This document shows, in pieces, positions 34,139-47,964 of a DNA stretch of 64,000 nt. The notes beneath the pieces were generated by a model. It was not told the origin of the DNA. It ran no database searches and saw nothing but the letters and a program-made list of their open reading frames with translations. Position 1 is the stretch's first letter. Each line of letters starts with the position of its first letter. This stretch comes from Phoronis australis (taxonomy: Eukaryota > Animalia > Phoronida), in NCBI GenBank assembly GCA_002633005.1, contig NMRA01000560.1, positions 124,001-188,000 of the forward strand, read 5' to 3'. A program made the position numbers and the translations under genes.

Positions 34139-35877
34139 TAATACCTCAAGTGAAGATAGTTGTATTTACAATGTCAATAAGAGCAAAATATTTCAATAGT
34201 AGTTTTTCGTCAAGCTTAATTTATGTAATGCATACAGAGGTATATTGTTACGTCAGACTTTCACGGAGACGCACTCATTCGTTACAGTCAGCTTATTGCT
34301 AGATATTGGAATTAAATTGGTATTCGAAGCAAGTCGCTGGGGTTTGTCGGCTTCAGCATAGAATGAAATATTCCATGTCAACACAAACAAGCGATATCCA
34401 TGCACGGTGTACTACTTTAGCAGATTCCAAGTATCTCTTGAGCGATCAATTTTTTCAATTGAAGTCGCCAGGACACTGGATTCGAAAATTATCCATGTCT
34501 TAGTCTTTCTGAGAGGCACAGTCATGGCTTTGATGACATCAGACTGGTTGGATACATACGTATTCCTAATTTCTAGAGTTTCTTAAGTTGTAAATTACAA
34601 GCCGTAGTGCTGTATATGCTGTCACTATCGCGTCTCGAGTACGACTTTTGACTTTTAAGTCTTCAAAGACGTACATGTACAGTCTGGTTTGATTCACCTT
34701 GTGCACCATACCTCGGATGAGTGCGTAAAATATTTCATACTTGCGATAGTCTTCAGTGGGTGCAGTTGGTGTATAAACTTCGACCTAACTACATGGTGGC
34801 AAAACCCAAACAATAAACCATCTATGGTCTTTTTAGCTACGACGCTCTTCAACCAACCATGGGCTGCACCGACATTCACTGTGAAAGGGATTAATTCATT
34901 TCACGAAGGTTACATCCGCTCTTGGCAGTTCCACCGCCTGAGCTCAGACGCCTTGGCTCAGACGATGGCCATCCAACTCAAGGTCGCCACAACCTGGAAG
35001 CTTTTTCAGTAAATTGTACCTCGCGCAGAATTAATCAACAAAGCCACGATGCTATAACTGTATGTTGAGCATAAAAGGATGCCTTGGCCTTCGATACCTT
35101 TAAATCCCTCCAACTCCTGCAAATACTTCTTTAAGATTTTGGGAACATTCGTCAACAAGTCGTTTTGTCCAGGTGTGGCCGAGTTTCAAGTACTAGCGAA
35201 CTCTGGTGGATCATCAGTGTATTGCCTTGGCAATTTGCATTTGCTCACTTCCGAGTTCATGGAGTCAGAACTCGATGTGATTAAAAAGTACACGCTATAC
35301 ACATGCGCGGTGGTGTAATGAAAAAGAAAATGAATGACTCAGTTCAAGAATTCGTTGTCGCAGCAAAGCACTATTCAAACAATGTTAACTGCTTGAATAT
35401 TTGTTCGACTTGGGAGGATTTAAGACTCCAACTGCCTCCACAGGTGTCCATCTACAATTGAAAGGCACACGAATTTTTAATAAAATGTAGTAAAAAAACA
35501 AAATGTAGTTTCACATTATTCTAATTTGTCATTTCTGAGATATAACGTTGAGAATTTAACATTTTTGCTAGGGTTATACATAATTTTAAGGCATGAGCGT
35601 TTGCCACCTGATTTAGTGCCTAACCCGAGACTAGCGCAAAGTGATCGCCTTGAACTCATATGATGTCCGTTAGCGTTCATCAGAGAAGATTTAGACGCAT
35701 GTGACGGCAGGTAAAACACTTTCGGGGAAAAGACCTCATTTCGGATACAGGCCCGTATAGTACATGTAGGCCAAAATAAGCGTGTACAAGGGTGGCAGTT
35801 TCAATTCTGAGCTCGCACTTTCAATGGAGCAAGGTAGGCGGGACGCATACAACTGGGCACGTGCTCGCCTTGTTTAA

Positions 35878-36602
35878 AGCACAGGCGTCCTTAGCTTCTG
35901 ATCGTCCCCAATACACTATGTAATACTACAAGGTATGACACTTCGGACTAGAAATTCCACGGGTGCTTCACTGACTTCAGCCTTCCATAGCAAACACAAA
36001 CTTAATGAATTTACACAAAACAAGTTCAACAAACCGTGAGGAATTGATCTTTCTCCCAATGCCATTTACAGTATTCTGCTCCAACGAGTTCGCAAGAAAT
36101 TCGCGGTCAAAGCACAAAAATTTCCCAAAAAGCCCTCACATGGAGCCTCCTTGGACGGTTCGAGGTCAAGGACGGTACGGAATTATCCGATGAGTTACGG
36201 ATGTACGGCAATTGCCGGTTCATCACGGAAGGTTACGAATGGTCTGGCTTTGTGTGGAGTTATCGATGTCGTGGCACTCCGTGAAAAATCGGCAATTGCC
36301 GAACAGTACTAGACCCCGAACCGTCCAAAGAGGCTCGATGCGTGGGCTTTTTGGGAACATTTTGGGCTGTGACTGCGAATTTGTTGTGATCACGCTGGAG
36401 TAGGACACCGTGAATGGTATTGGAAATGAGAACAATTGCTAATGGTTTGTTGAAACCTTGTTTTGTGTAAATTTGTTGAGTTTTGTGTTTGATAAGGACG
36501 GCTGAAGTGAAGCACCATTGGAATTTCTAGTCCGAAGTGTCATACCTTGTGGTATTATATATAGTGTATTGGAGACGATCAGAAGCTGAGGACGCCTGTC
36601 GT
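35878..36602. mobile_element. 725-bp fold-back MITE flanked by TTAA (Kolobok- or piggyBac-type)
   Basis: ttaa|agcacaggcgtccttagcttctgatcgtc ... gacgatcagaagctgaggacgcctgtcgt|ttaa; inverted arms of over 300 bp around a short spacer. Confidence 0.85.
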
Positions 36603-38512
36603 TTAAAGGTAAGATTCAATGGCAGAAGGGACACTGAGTCTAAGTGGCCGGTGCAACGTAAATAATGAGTTCAGTTTCCTAGTGTTATTTGAAAAGACTG
36701 AGAACAGAGAGGTGATCGGTAGCACGGCTACCAAATCTTGGGTTATGGATAGACACTTCATTAGTGGCGACTGTAGTTTGCTACAGTTCTTCTGAAGTCA
36801 ACAGATATCCGGGATTTGGCTTGGAAAGTTGTAGTTCGCGACATGACAAGTCTATATTCGCTTGTTCAGTATGACGTCATAATGAGGTTTCGCACCCAGT
36901 CCAATAAAATGAAATTACAAATTAAAAACAACAATTATAATAATAAGGTCATATTTAAGTAGCGCTGTAAACTATTAAGTACTTCGGAAATTGTTATAAT
37001 GGAATGGTCAATCGTAACTCTTATCCACTCGTCCGGCGAGAGCAAACATTGGGTGCAACCATTATCGAAGAATGCAGGTTAACCCAAACATTTAGTTTTG
37101 TAAAAATATCAACTGCCAAATTGCCCAGGGGTTACTTGAATCGGAAAAATACTGAGTGCTGCAAACATTTTGAAAATGTGGCGTGTAGTGACTGTGGGGC
37201 TAATGATTCCTAGCGCGCCTGTTTGAGGATCCAAATCACGTCATATTAGTGGCAGATACAGTGTACGTCATCACTGAACATCCGAATATAAGAGGAGTAT
37301 CATTCACTTTCAGTTTCAGGTAAGTTTCAAGACGAGTAAATAACTAAAAATATTAGTTCAAAAGCCTCTAATTTGTGTAGCCAGATACGACTGAGCCTGT
37401 CGAATTCACTTAAATGTGGCTATTGCCTCAATCTAGCGCCACGTATAATGCACTTGTAACTCTCTATTTACAGTTCCATACCCAAACCGGCAGTTCCTTG
37501 ACGAGGTAGAAGAATTTGAAACATAAAAAAGTAGATCACGTGAACTCGTGAAGTTAATCGTTTTAGTTAATGCGAGAGAACAAAACCAAGTCCTGAGGGC
37601 ATGGGCATAATAACTTGATGAAATTGTTTTTCTTATTTTTTTTTTTGGTTGGACGGAGGCAAATGCAGAACTTGATAAAGTGCTGTACATGTAGTTTCCC
37701 TAACATTTAGTTTTGACTTATGGACCGTTAGGCAGTGAGATCTGTATTTTTGATTTTCTTCAGACTCTCGTGAAGCGTGCGGAGTGCATCGTAAGCCTTG
37801 ACTACACACTCCGATTAATCGCACGATTTCGTATGGCGATTACTTTACATAATCAAAGTGTGTTGGCACTTATCGACCTTATGTACACGAATTGCGGCAA
37901 CTGTACCCCCAATACTTGTATACGACGAAATTTATTCACGAATCCCGTACAGCGAGACGAGAAGAACAGTCTGTACACTTCACGCTTTTGTAGTCTACAA
38001 CTTCGTGTTAGATAGATTCTGTTTTAGGAACGGTGGTAATGGATCACATGCCTGGTAGAGCCAATTGCTCGCACTGCGATGATCCGTAGCATTCAGCAGT
38101 GTCACAGTCATACAGGTTCAAGTCCGACAAGAGTATTTTTGACCCACTTGGGTATAACAGGCAGCATGGAGTTCATGTTGCTTTTTGGGAAAATTTTATC
38201 TTTCAAGTAAAACCAAAACGCATGAGTTGGTCAGGCAAGATATGATCTTTGGCTTCCCTGACTGGTGTGATCTTATCTGTACCTGCTCAAGGCAACACAT
38301 TAAATTATCAGTTTGAAAATGTATTATGACATCCCTAGATAACATTGTTGTCTGATTACAGATGTCATTTCACCTGTTACACAGTGGCGAACATACTGGC
38401 CGAGTTTGGGGATGTGAACTTTCCACTTCTTTACGAACAATTGGTTTTTCCAAGCATGTTAACAAATCAACGCATATGGAGGAGTTTTAATTAGACTCGC
38501 TATTTGCACACC

Positions 38513-38990
38513 ATGGAAGTATCGGAGAAATGGCTGAGTTCATGCGTCTCACAAAATAACCGCAACGTGACTACCTGTTCATTATGGAATTCAAGCGTTC
38601 ACACGATCACAGATATAGCAACGGGCTTCAGCTGCCTGACTTCTATTTTAGCCTCCTTTGGGATTGTTATATGCTACACTAGGTGTCCGGCAATACGGAC
38701 AACGAGCAAGAGTCTGTTACTGTACCTTACTCTAGCAGACTTTTTGACAGCTTCCGGAAATTTGGTCGGACTTACCCGTGATATCCTTTTGCAGAATAGC
38801 AGCGCCAACCTGACAGACGCTATGGAGACTCTGTGTATTGCTCAAAGCATAGTTACAACTTACTCCAGCATGTGTTCTTTTTTCTGGACGGCAGCCATTT
38901 CATATTTTATCTTATTACCAGTGGCGAAGAACTGGATGCTTGAAACCAAGTTCTTGGTCACCTGTCACGTGATCTGTTGGTTCGTGCCAG
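38513..38990 (+). CDS. GPR157: GPR157-like A exon 1 (TM1-TM4)
   Basis: MEVSEKW...CWFVP G|gtaatt. Confidence 0.9.
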
Positions 38991-41900
38991 GTAATTACAA
39001 TATGTTTGCTTACTTAGTTCTAAGCATTTTAAAATTTACGTTTGTGTCTCAGAATTTATAATCTTTGCACTGAGAAATTGATGATATCAAGTTAATTTTC
39101 AGCTCACTCTCTAAATTTAATCTGAGATGAGCACTTTTCTTAAAATGTTTGTAATAATTTTAACAATTTTAAAGTCTCTTAAAAGTCAATAAATATGGAA
39201 GCAAAAACATGAAAACAGATATTAAGATATTTTGGATGATAAAATACTTAGTGTGGTTTTAAAAGTTCTTGTATACATATATTGTAAGGTTATTGCTGAA
39301 TACATGATGTTGGAGTCAACATGTATTTTCCTAAATAATATTTTTATGATAAAAAGTATACATGACCTGTCTGCAGCATTACATTGTCTTAAGTCGCAGA
39401 AATTCACGACAATAGAGTACCTATCAAGAGAGACAACGTATTAACTACAGACGATTACGTTGGTGTCGCTGTAGAACTGATACGGGGTGGGGGTGGGGAT
39501 GTTCTTCGGACCCAAAACACTGGCGATAAAAACTAATGTGATCACGTGTTTTGACTGCATGGCAATACCTCGGAGTCTTGCGTTATCTTGCATTGTTCCG
39601 TAACCGTAGACACGGTAATTGGTACATCTCGCTTCACCACAAATCATTCACATCTAAATCTACAGGCTTGCAATACAAGACAAAGGCACAACCTTGTAAG
39701 TTTTATAGCAACAGCAGACAATATTGCTTGCATAGCCAATCTTGTGTAAGCGGAGTTTATTACGAGAAGACGTTACATTAACCGATAAAGAGGAGTCTGG
39801 GCACATTTTCTTGGAATGAAATTTTTATCTTCTGTCGAAATGGTATACCAGTGACATTATGGTCATTTGCGTGCTCATGTCTGCCGAGTTGAAGATTTAA
39901 CATCTAACCACAATCTTACGCTCAAGTACTTTCAGATGAGCCTTGACCTGTATTTGTGGAGGCTAGCTTTCACAAATATGCTCAGAATAACTGCTTACTC
40001 TACCAAAATCTCAGAAAGTATTGAACCCTAGTACGGTGTTGTAAAGACTGGCCTTTTATGTACATCTACTTCAGACTTTATTTCCGACTTTGTAACCGGA
40101 TAAGATAAAACGATTTTACATGGCGATAACACCGGGAATTACCCACATGACTCGTTTTAGGTGGTGAGACTTAACGTCATACTGATCAGATGATGCGTGC
40201 TCAACAAAAGATTTGCTAAAATTCTATGGCCGCGTTTGATTGACTCCGCTATCACGTTTCGGTGACCGGCTTAGACACGTTCTCGGTGGCGATTTCCTGC
40301 TTACGGACCAATCGGACGTCGTAACCGGGGATGTCAGTCGACTGTATTCGATGCATTACGAGGCTCAAATATTTGTATGTGGTTGCATGTTGTCATTACG
40401 GTCACCTCTGTCCGGTGGTGCTGCGTCTTGCGTTTGGCATCCGGCGTACGCTGCTGTATTTCGACAAGATTTCGCTGATAAGTTTCTATAGACGGAGGAC
40501 AAGTGTCGGATCGATCCTCTGTATCTTTGTAATTCCTTAGTGGATTTTATGAAATTTGGCAAATAAGTTTCTATTAAGAGACAACGACACCTTTACATTC
40601 TTGGACGGATTTGTCGTATTCTGCGCTACATGGTGGCCATTTAAAAATGAGTACGTTTTTTACGCCAGCCTCTTCATCCGCCGAACCGCTCAAAGGCTCA
40701 TTGTACGTTTGCCTTTGTATCTTTGGATTTAATGAATGGGTATTTGTTAAATTTAGCAAATAGGTTTCTACTGAGGAGACAACAATACTTTCCCTTTTGC
40801 AGACGGATTCGTGGTCATTTTTTATTATTTTGAGTCGTCTTTAGCTTCCGTCAAACTGTTCGAAGAATCAATATGAAACTTTGCCATTGTGTTCCTGGTG
40901 AGAAGAACATGGAAGACGTTGATTTTCGGACGTGTTTGTGGCATTCTCTAGTGGTAATTTTGTGTTGTTTTTTACAAAAATGACTTTGTACCCTAATAGT
41001 ACCGTAGTACCCTTATTTGCTCTTGCTTCTGTTTCTTTGGAGTTCCTGGGCGGAAGTTCATCGTATTCTGCGGCATTTAATGGCCGTTTTTATGATGCTG
41101 AGTAAACACCCCTAGAAGCATACCCTAGCTTTGCCATGCAGGCGTGAGCTCATTTCAAAGCTACACGTTGCTTTTTGTATAGTGATTGTTTTGCCATTCT
41201 TGCACCGAAAAGCATGTTGCAGTTGACCCGTAGTGAGCTTATGAGACCAGTATTGTTTTTTCGTATTGCTTGGCAAGTTTCTAAGTTCTTGTGTTATCAC
41301 CGGATGTTTGCGAGCCGTCAACCTTCTCATAATGCAATTGAAAAACGAGCCCCGTAGATGAAATTCCCTAAACTATTACTGCATGGGTAGATTGTACACG
41401 AAAGGTGCAATCAATTGCATGACCGCAACTCTAAATTCTTGGTACTGTCCCACACATCCCAGTTCCGGAGGAAAGGAGATCAAACTTACGGTTCATATTC
41501 TCAGGCCTGTGGACCTGAACTCCACGACTTAGGACGTATGGCCCTGGGGATTTATACCACGGGTTTGACGTCGATGCGTACCGGTCCGGTACTGCATGCA
41601 GTGTAAGCGGTCGTTGCTGGAATTTAGAGTCGCGGTCATGGAATTGTTTTTACCGCTCAGTATTTGTAATTCACACTCTTTTCTCTTTAGCGGCCATTGT
41701 GACCGTAGCAGCGACGACCAAAGTCCTTGGTGCCGATTACGACCTTTCAGCCACTGGTTCATGGTGCTGGATAAAGTCAAACATTAACTTAACAAACAAC
41801 GCAGTCCTAGATTGTCCGTATTTCTGGCAGGTAACGACTGGCAAGTTTTGGGAAATTACCGTCTACGTGCTGACTGCTCTGAATTACTTTCTACTCAAGT

Positions 41901-44208
41901 TCATTCTTTACAAGGTGAGTTCACGGTTTTACGTTATCCTATCGAGAGTCAACTATTATTAAAATCTCTTGGTCTATTTACACCGACATCTTGTCTATTT
42001 ACACTGTTACGACGTTTTGGTCGCTCTATTCTCCGGCCATCGTCAGGTGTTTCTGCGTTCTTAGAACGAGCACGGATATGTGCTACACTCATCATGGTGT
42101 GATTGTTTTGCCCAAGGCTAAATGGGTGAACGTTACGCACATAAATTACTTGCGTAAGTTAATTTAAAATAATCGTGGTGCATTAAGTCATTATTACTTT
42201 ACGGCCTAAAGTAATTATTTAAGGCGTTAAAAGTTTCTTTACATCATAAACAATTACTTTACGCCGCAAAAATTACTTTACGTCTCTACCAAGAATTAAA
42301 TTACGCACCTAATTTACGTCCATAACTTTCAACTATTTGGCCAACGATAGATATAATAGCAAAACCTTTTCGCCCGCATCACCACTGCACGAACCCTGTC
42401 GCTGTGCTACCCGAGACGGACCCCATCTGCTACGTTCAATTGACATATTTTGCTTCCGGGTTTATTTTACGAAAAGCGAAGACGTGCTTTCAAGTATGGA
42501 ATTAAACCTAAAGCCATTCTAAAACAAAATTATAAAAAACAAATCCGGTATGATTTTGCTCGTCTCACGTGTGTTATCGTTTGAAAATATGAGCAGAATT
42601 CATTTAAGAAGCGCTATTCAGATGTAATGTTTCCTTGTTTTTGTTTTGAGGTGGGCGGTCTTTCCTACAGCAGTCGATTTACTCATCCAAAGCGTTAGGC
42701 ACGTTTGAAGATTTACCAGATATTGTGTATATCTAAATGTCAGACTTGCTCCAAAAGCTTAGGGCTTGACGACAGTGGCGAAACATTATTTGCTTTACAG
42801 ATTTAAGTGATCTATCCGGCCATTATGACGGCCATCTGTTTGACAATACACATTCACAAACTGTGTATGATTATATAATCTAATGTACACTCAAATAATT
42901 TCATTGGGTAATTAATTACCTGTATTTCCAGAGGAAAAAGATGAACTCCCAGATGTGGGCGCCCTTCGCCGTTGGTGTTGGTCGTGTACACAAAAAAGAA
43001 GACAAAAATTTCCTCTTTGTTCCTATAGTGCTTTACTTGTTACGCCTGTGGGGCACTTTAAGGTTTTTCCTACAGTTTCAGCCGGATCCGTGTGCGTCAC
43101 TAGTATTACTACCACTGCAGGTAGGTTACGCTATTTTCATGTCACCTTTCTGTGTAGGTGGCGCTGTGATAGAGGGCACACTAAGGATGAACTCCTCTTT
43201 GACACTCAAGGGGAACGCGTCGCCTTTTCATTGGGTGTTCTGTTAACGCGTTCCCATTGTCGCACATGCGACTGAACGTTGTGTGTGAAACTGCTCCAAT
43301 AAAAGAAATATGAGTAAATTTTGACTAGTTCGTTTCAAGTTGACATGTTTTAATTCATTGAAAAGTACTGAGCCTGGAAAATGATATACAAATACAGCCA
43401 TTTCAGTACATGGGTATGCACAATAGCATACAATAAATAACACCTTTCACTAAGTATAATAAAACTGATACCGAAGTGTGTATGTGACACAAAATCGTCA
43501 ATTATCACCCAAATCTGCCATGTCCTTGGTATCACATAAACCATCAAGCCCAAAACACTCGATTATAAAAAGAGTTGGGAAGTACACTGTACATATTTAC
43601 CGTTCTTTACCAATCTGAAGCATTCTATCATGAGTTGTACCTGAAGAGCGAAAGGTTAAAACGCCTAGACAGTGAAAACCGAATCCAATGATCAGCGAAT
43701 TGCCTTTTTTCTTTCAGAACACTCTCAAAATCAAACAAAGTGTCCATTTGTCATTCGTAGTGTCCACACGCAGCCCAACTCTCAAAATGCCTAGCCAAAC
43801 ACAACAACTACCAAATTTCTAATGGATTTGGGGAGGTACTAAATTCACTTGTGGCTCACCCTGTATTCAAAGTGTGAGGCTGCGCAGTAGCCTCATTTCT
43901 ATCTCCAAAATAGATAACATCTTGCAGAAATGGCTTGCTCTGAATGTATAGGCTATAACAACGTGCCCCATCGACTGGAGCCAACACGGAAGGTTTAACA
44001 TTTATTTTTATTTCATTTTCAGGGTTATGGCGACAGCGGACAGGCTTTCTGGAACTTCATTATATTTTTTGTATTGGACAGTAGTGTACGAAGCCAGTGC
44101 TGTCCTTCTAAATATTTTCAGTTCTCCTATGACTACGACAACTCGACTTCAACGGCCAATCTGGAGTCGGAGGAAACGGGGGGCAGGGAGGCAAGCGCCT
44201 TCCAATAA
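38513..44208 (+). CDS. GPR157: GPR157-like (cAMP-receptor-like) GPCR, paralogue A, ~358 aa
   Basis: join(38513-38990, 41691-41914, 42932-43120, 44023-44208). Motifs: LLLYLTLADFLTASGN, LCIAQ..TTYSSMCSFFWT, WCWI, GKFWE, EDKNFLFVP..LLRLWGTLRF, LQGYGDSGQAFWNF. Confidence 0.88.
40350..41100 (+). mobile_element. Degraded HINE-family copy in GPCR A intron 1
   Basis: Shares ctctgtatct, gaaatttggc, ggacggatt and ctagtgg/gtggccattt subunit motifs with 1296-2904. Confidence 0.5.
41691..41914 (+). CDS. GPR157: GPR157-like A exon 2
   Basis: tag|AIVTVAATT...SWCWIK...GKFWEITVY...LYK|gtgagt. Confidence 0.9.
42006..42050 (-). ncRNA. Degenerate minimal hammerhead ribozyme motif (Penelope-type remnant)
   Basis: The reverse complement reads acac CTGACGA tggccg-loop-cgacc AAAA cgtc gt; the GAAA core is mutated to AAAA. 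Confidence 0.45.
42932..43120 (+). CDS. GPR157: GPR157-like A exon 3
   Basis: cag|RKKMNSQ...LRLWGTLRF...LPLQ|gtaggt. Confidence 0.88.
44023..44208 (+). CDS. GPR157: GPR157-like A exon 4
   Basis: cag|GYGDSGQAFWNFIIFFVLDSSVR...ASAFQ*; this frame is absent from the ORF track. Confidence 0.85.
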   Translation, partial: GYGDSGQAFWNFIIFFVLDSSVRSQCCPSKYFQFSYDYDNSTSTANLESEETGGREASAFQ

Positions 44209-45231
44209 TTTGCAGGCATCACGCCAACCGGCATAGGCGTGGGGTCGGGGGCAGCCAACACGGAGGGCCCTGGCCAGGTCATTGGTGTTAGTGGCCCCAT
44301 TCATTGCGGCATAGATAGTCTAAGCACAAGTGAAAATTTGCACTCTTTTATTCATAAAAATCGAGAGCATATTAATTCACAGGATTTTCAAATTCAAGAA
44401 GACAATTTTAGGGAATGCAAAACTATATCTCTGCTGGGACACCTCTCTGCCACTGCAAGGGATGGTTAAGTCATCTAGTACTGCTCTCGTTTTTTCTCGA
44501 AATTGTATTCACTTGATAAAAATTGAGAACTTGATATTATTAATCGCTGCTCATCACCTGTTTTCTGACATTTTAGATCGTTTCAAATTTAATGGCCCAC
44601 TCCTTGGAGAGCCCGTTGATGGCATCCATGCTGCCACCAAGTTCGTTATTTTTATTGACAATGTCTTAAGGGGCTCCTTACGGAGAGAGGGTCCCATCAT
44701 ATAACCGGTTGCTTCTGTTCTTCTGTTTCTGAACCAACATGGATTCATGATCATTCCTTTAACTTATTAGCAGGGTGAAGTTGAGCAAATCTCTATCATT
44801 CAATCTCCAAACATATGTAGCAGAATATTCTAGACAATTGTGCCTATCTGAAATAACGCTCACAGACATTGAGGAAATTCTGACGGTTCTAAAGAGTGTC
44901 CAAAAATGTACTCACAAGTCAAATGACATTACGTGTAAATGCATTGTTTATTGACTTCAGAACTATATTAATATTTTAGTTCACAAACATGAGATCAAAA
45001 AAGGTTTTTAAAAGCCTTGAAATCAAATGAAGCACAATGCTTGCTCGCTAGGGAAGATTAATCGTCCTTGCACTTCATTAGTGATTTTTTCCACTGAACT
45101 ATTCATTTGCTTTTGCATAGTTTACAACATACAATTAATAACACGAGGACTCACAGTCACATACATACATCCGTGCGCACGTGTATATTAGTCGAGTATA
45201 TATCTGCAATATTTTTGTTACCCAAAAAATT

Positions 45232-46663
45232 AGGGTGCTCCGTCGAAATTGGAATCCCGCTGTAAAACAGATGTCCCGGAGTCGAACACAGGACTGTTGC
45301 ACCTTCAAAACAGTTAACTAGCCCGAAAAACACGAACCCCGACCCATGCACACACCTAGCCTTTAATATGGGGGGGCTCGAATTTCTGGCGATGTGGACC
45401 TTTTGCTGACAAAAAAGCGGCAGGACTAAAAACGGGGTACCACCGTCAGAACTATGACCTATGCGTCTGCGCCTTTTTAGTGGACTTTTGTCTCGTTTTC
45501 TTGGACTTTTTCTTTCTCTGAGGCGGACTTTTTTTGCCCACTTCGCCAAATGGGACCCCCTGGGTGCGTGCATGCCCTGACCTTTAAGACACGACCTCGA
45601 CCTTCAAAACAGAAACCCCGGAAACTGGAGAGCTTGAAAAACTGTATAATTTTCCAAATTTTCTGAGACGATGCCAGTAGCCTCAAACTTTGAGTTAAAG
45701 CATCTTCAAGTACTTTCCAGTTTCTGTATTTCTTTGTTAGGAATTTTCAGTAATAAAACGTAACTTATAATTGACTTTGTTATTTTCTTTTTATCGGTAA
45801 AATTCGTGCAACTTGTCTGTGGGCGAATTTCCACATAATGTGTACTTTCCACACGTTGTTATCCACTGATGTTGATCTATGGGTTGCACGTACTGTATGG
45901 GCTGTCATTTGGTATTGATCCGACTTGAATACACAAAACCACACAGCGGCTCTTTAGTACAATAGCCAATGTCCTATTTCTGTGTCAGGGGGTAGGTAGG
46001 CGCCCAAAGCCCACCGTACCACCTTGAGCACTGAACGTAACTTACGGTGGGTAGGCGCTACGTTCAAATGCCAAAAGGTGGTTGGCTGCGCCTACGTGCG
46101 CCTACGCCCCACTACAGCACTGTTGTTAACTCGGTGAATATTCAATTAATTTCAGATTGTTTAATTAGTTTCTCCAAATTTCAAAAATGAAAAACAAAAA
46201 TATTATTTCGACTTTCCAGTGCCATTGTTGATTAATTCCTTTAAATTTCTTTACAATTGGCTACATTTCAGGGCTCGTCAATTTACTGGTCGAGAATACA
46301 TTATTTCCGACATAAAATTTCAGGATTTTGAAATGGACCGCAAGAATTATTCACTCAAAAGAACTGCACCGTCACCAATGTCACCCTAACCGTTCTTGTT
46401 CTCAAAAAAGTTTAATTGAACTTCTCGTCGATCATTGAAACGGAATTTTGAATCGGACGGTGATTAGGTATTATTCTCTTGAGACAAACACTGTTCGACA
46501 AAAAGTGCGGGAGTGGTGTTTCGGTCCCTGGGTACCCCGTCCGATACCCGGGGTTCTAGTGTTAAAGGTCGGGGTTCGTCATTTTCGGGCTGGTTAGCTG
46601 TTTTGAAGGTGCGGGCGTCTGTTTTCGACTCCAACATATTTGTTTAAATTTCGATGGAACGCC
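45232..46663. repeat. Inverted pair of a repeat family (possible long-TIR element)
   Basis: ~45232-45360 (ccgtcgaaatt...caccttcaaaacagttaactagcccgaaaa...cgaaccccgacc) is inverted at ~46555-46663. In addition, 45478-45560 recurs in direct orientation at ~48300-48385. Confidence 0.6.
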
Positions 46664-47813
46664 TTGAAAATGATGAGCCATGATTTTCATTGTTCGTTGG
46701 TATATGATTGTTTAAAGGACACTTTCTGGTTCTACAACTATAAATAATTTTTACACAGCAAAAATACCTAGTTTTATTATGACTTTGTTATAATTATCTT
46801 TTTAACAATATTTCGAAAATCAGCATCTTTGTATTTAAATGTATACCCTTCTTAGCCAACAGCCAAGCACTTGACACATGACAGAAAATTGTCAGTCATA
46901 TAACATCCAACAACATGTGTTCTGGAACGGCTTCTCTGTCTACACTACAGAAGGTATAATAATTTTCACAATCATGTTTTGCTCTTGGGCTACTAAACAA
47001 AACCCATGCGTCGAAGCTCGCTTCCAGAGATATATAGGAGACCACAGGTTGGCGTAAGTTGGTCATTTATTATGAGTGGACTCTTGGTACAAAACAATGC
47101 AAGAGGGTAGATAAATAGTAGCAAAATAACATTATCTCTGGAAAGATGGACAATAAAAAACCGCAACACTGGGGGAAGGGAGAGAGAGAGAGAAATGGCA
47201 CGTCGTGTTGCGGGTGGTTGACTGCTGCGTAAGAGCAAAGACATACATGTACCTATGGGAAATGACAATTATCACCCTGTGAGAGTTGACGTACAATCAG
47301 CCAAGTCAAAAGCGGTTGTGCTAATGTATATTGGGAGTTGTAAAGTAAACAATAGTTTCTCAAAGCATGATAAAATTTGTTCTCTATTGTTTCAAAACAG
47401 TTTTCGAAGCCCTGACGCACGTCTTGTTTTGAATTAGCGACAGGACTATGAGTAATTTTCTATATGCGAAAGAGATTTGTTCTATGAAATTGGTGTTAGA
47501 AGCAGTTTACTTCCCTCCTTGGAGATAATAAAATTCATCTCAGCTCAAAATACGCCACTGTTGCATTTTCATCTAGAATGTGAAAATAACCGATTTTCCA
47601 AGTTTGCATGGAAGCCGATCATCCCACCGAAATCAGGGGTCAATTTAAGTCCTAAAGGTAGTATACATGTAAACTAACACCAGTGGTGTATTTACTTAGA
47701 ACTGGACACAAAACAGAGAGCTTGATGGTACTCCGGTAAATTTTCCTACGACTCACAATAGTGTGTGCACGTGCAATGAAACGTGTACATTGCTGTCACG
47801 CGGATTTCACAAA

Positions 47814-47964
47814 CATGGGCGGAGCAGCGCTGAAAAAAGTGGGGGGAGTGGCTATGGCCGCCCCAACCCACTATGGTGCGCCGCTCATCGGTCACATGGG
47901 CGGCGGACCACTGTAATACTGGGGGGATATAGCTTCCCCAGCCTCCTAAGCTGCGCCGCCCATG
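47814..47964. mobile_element. Short MITE
   Basis: catgggcggagcagc ... gctgcgccgcccatg TIRs, flanked by acaaa on both sides. Confidence 0.6.

Noticed and set aside
44027-44236. ORF-track frame MATADRLSG...
   Set aside because: Wrong frame; the real GPCR exon 4 reads GYGDSGQAFWNF from 44023.
45157-45573. 138-aa basic minus-strand ORF
   Set aside because: It falls within a repeat family with other local copies and has no domain signature.
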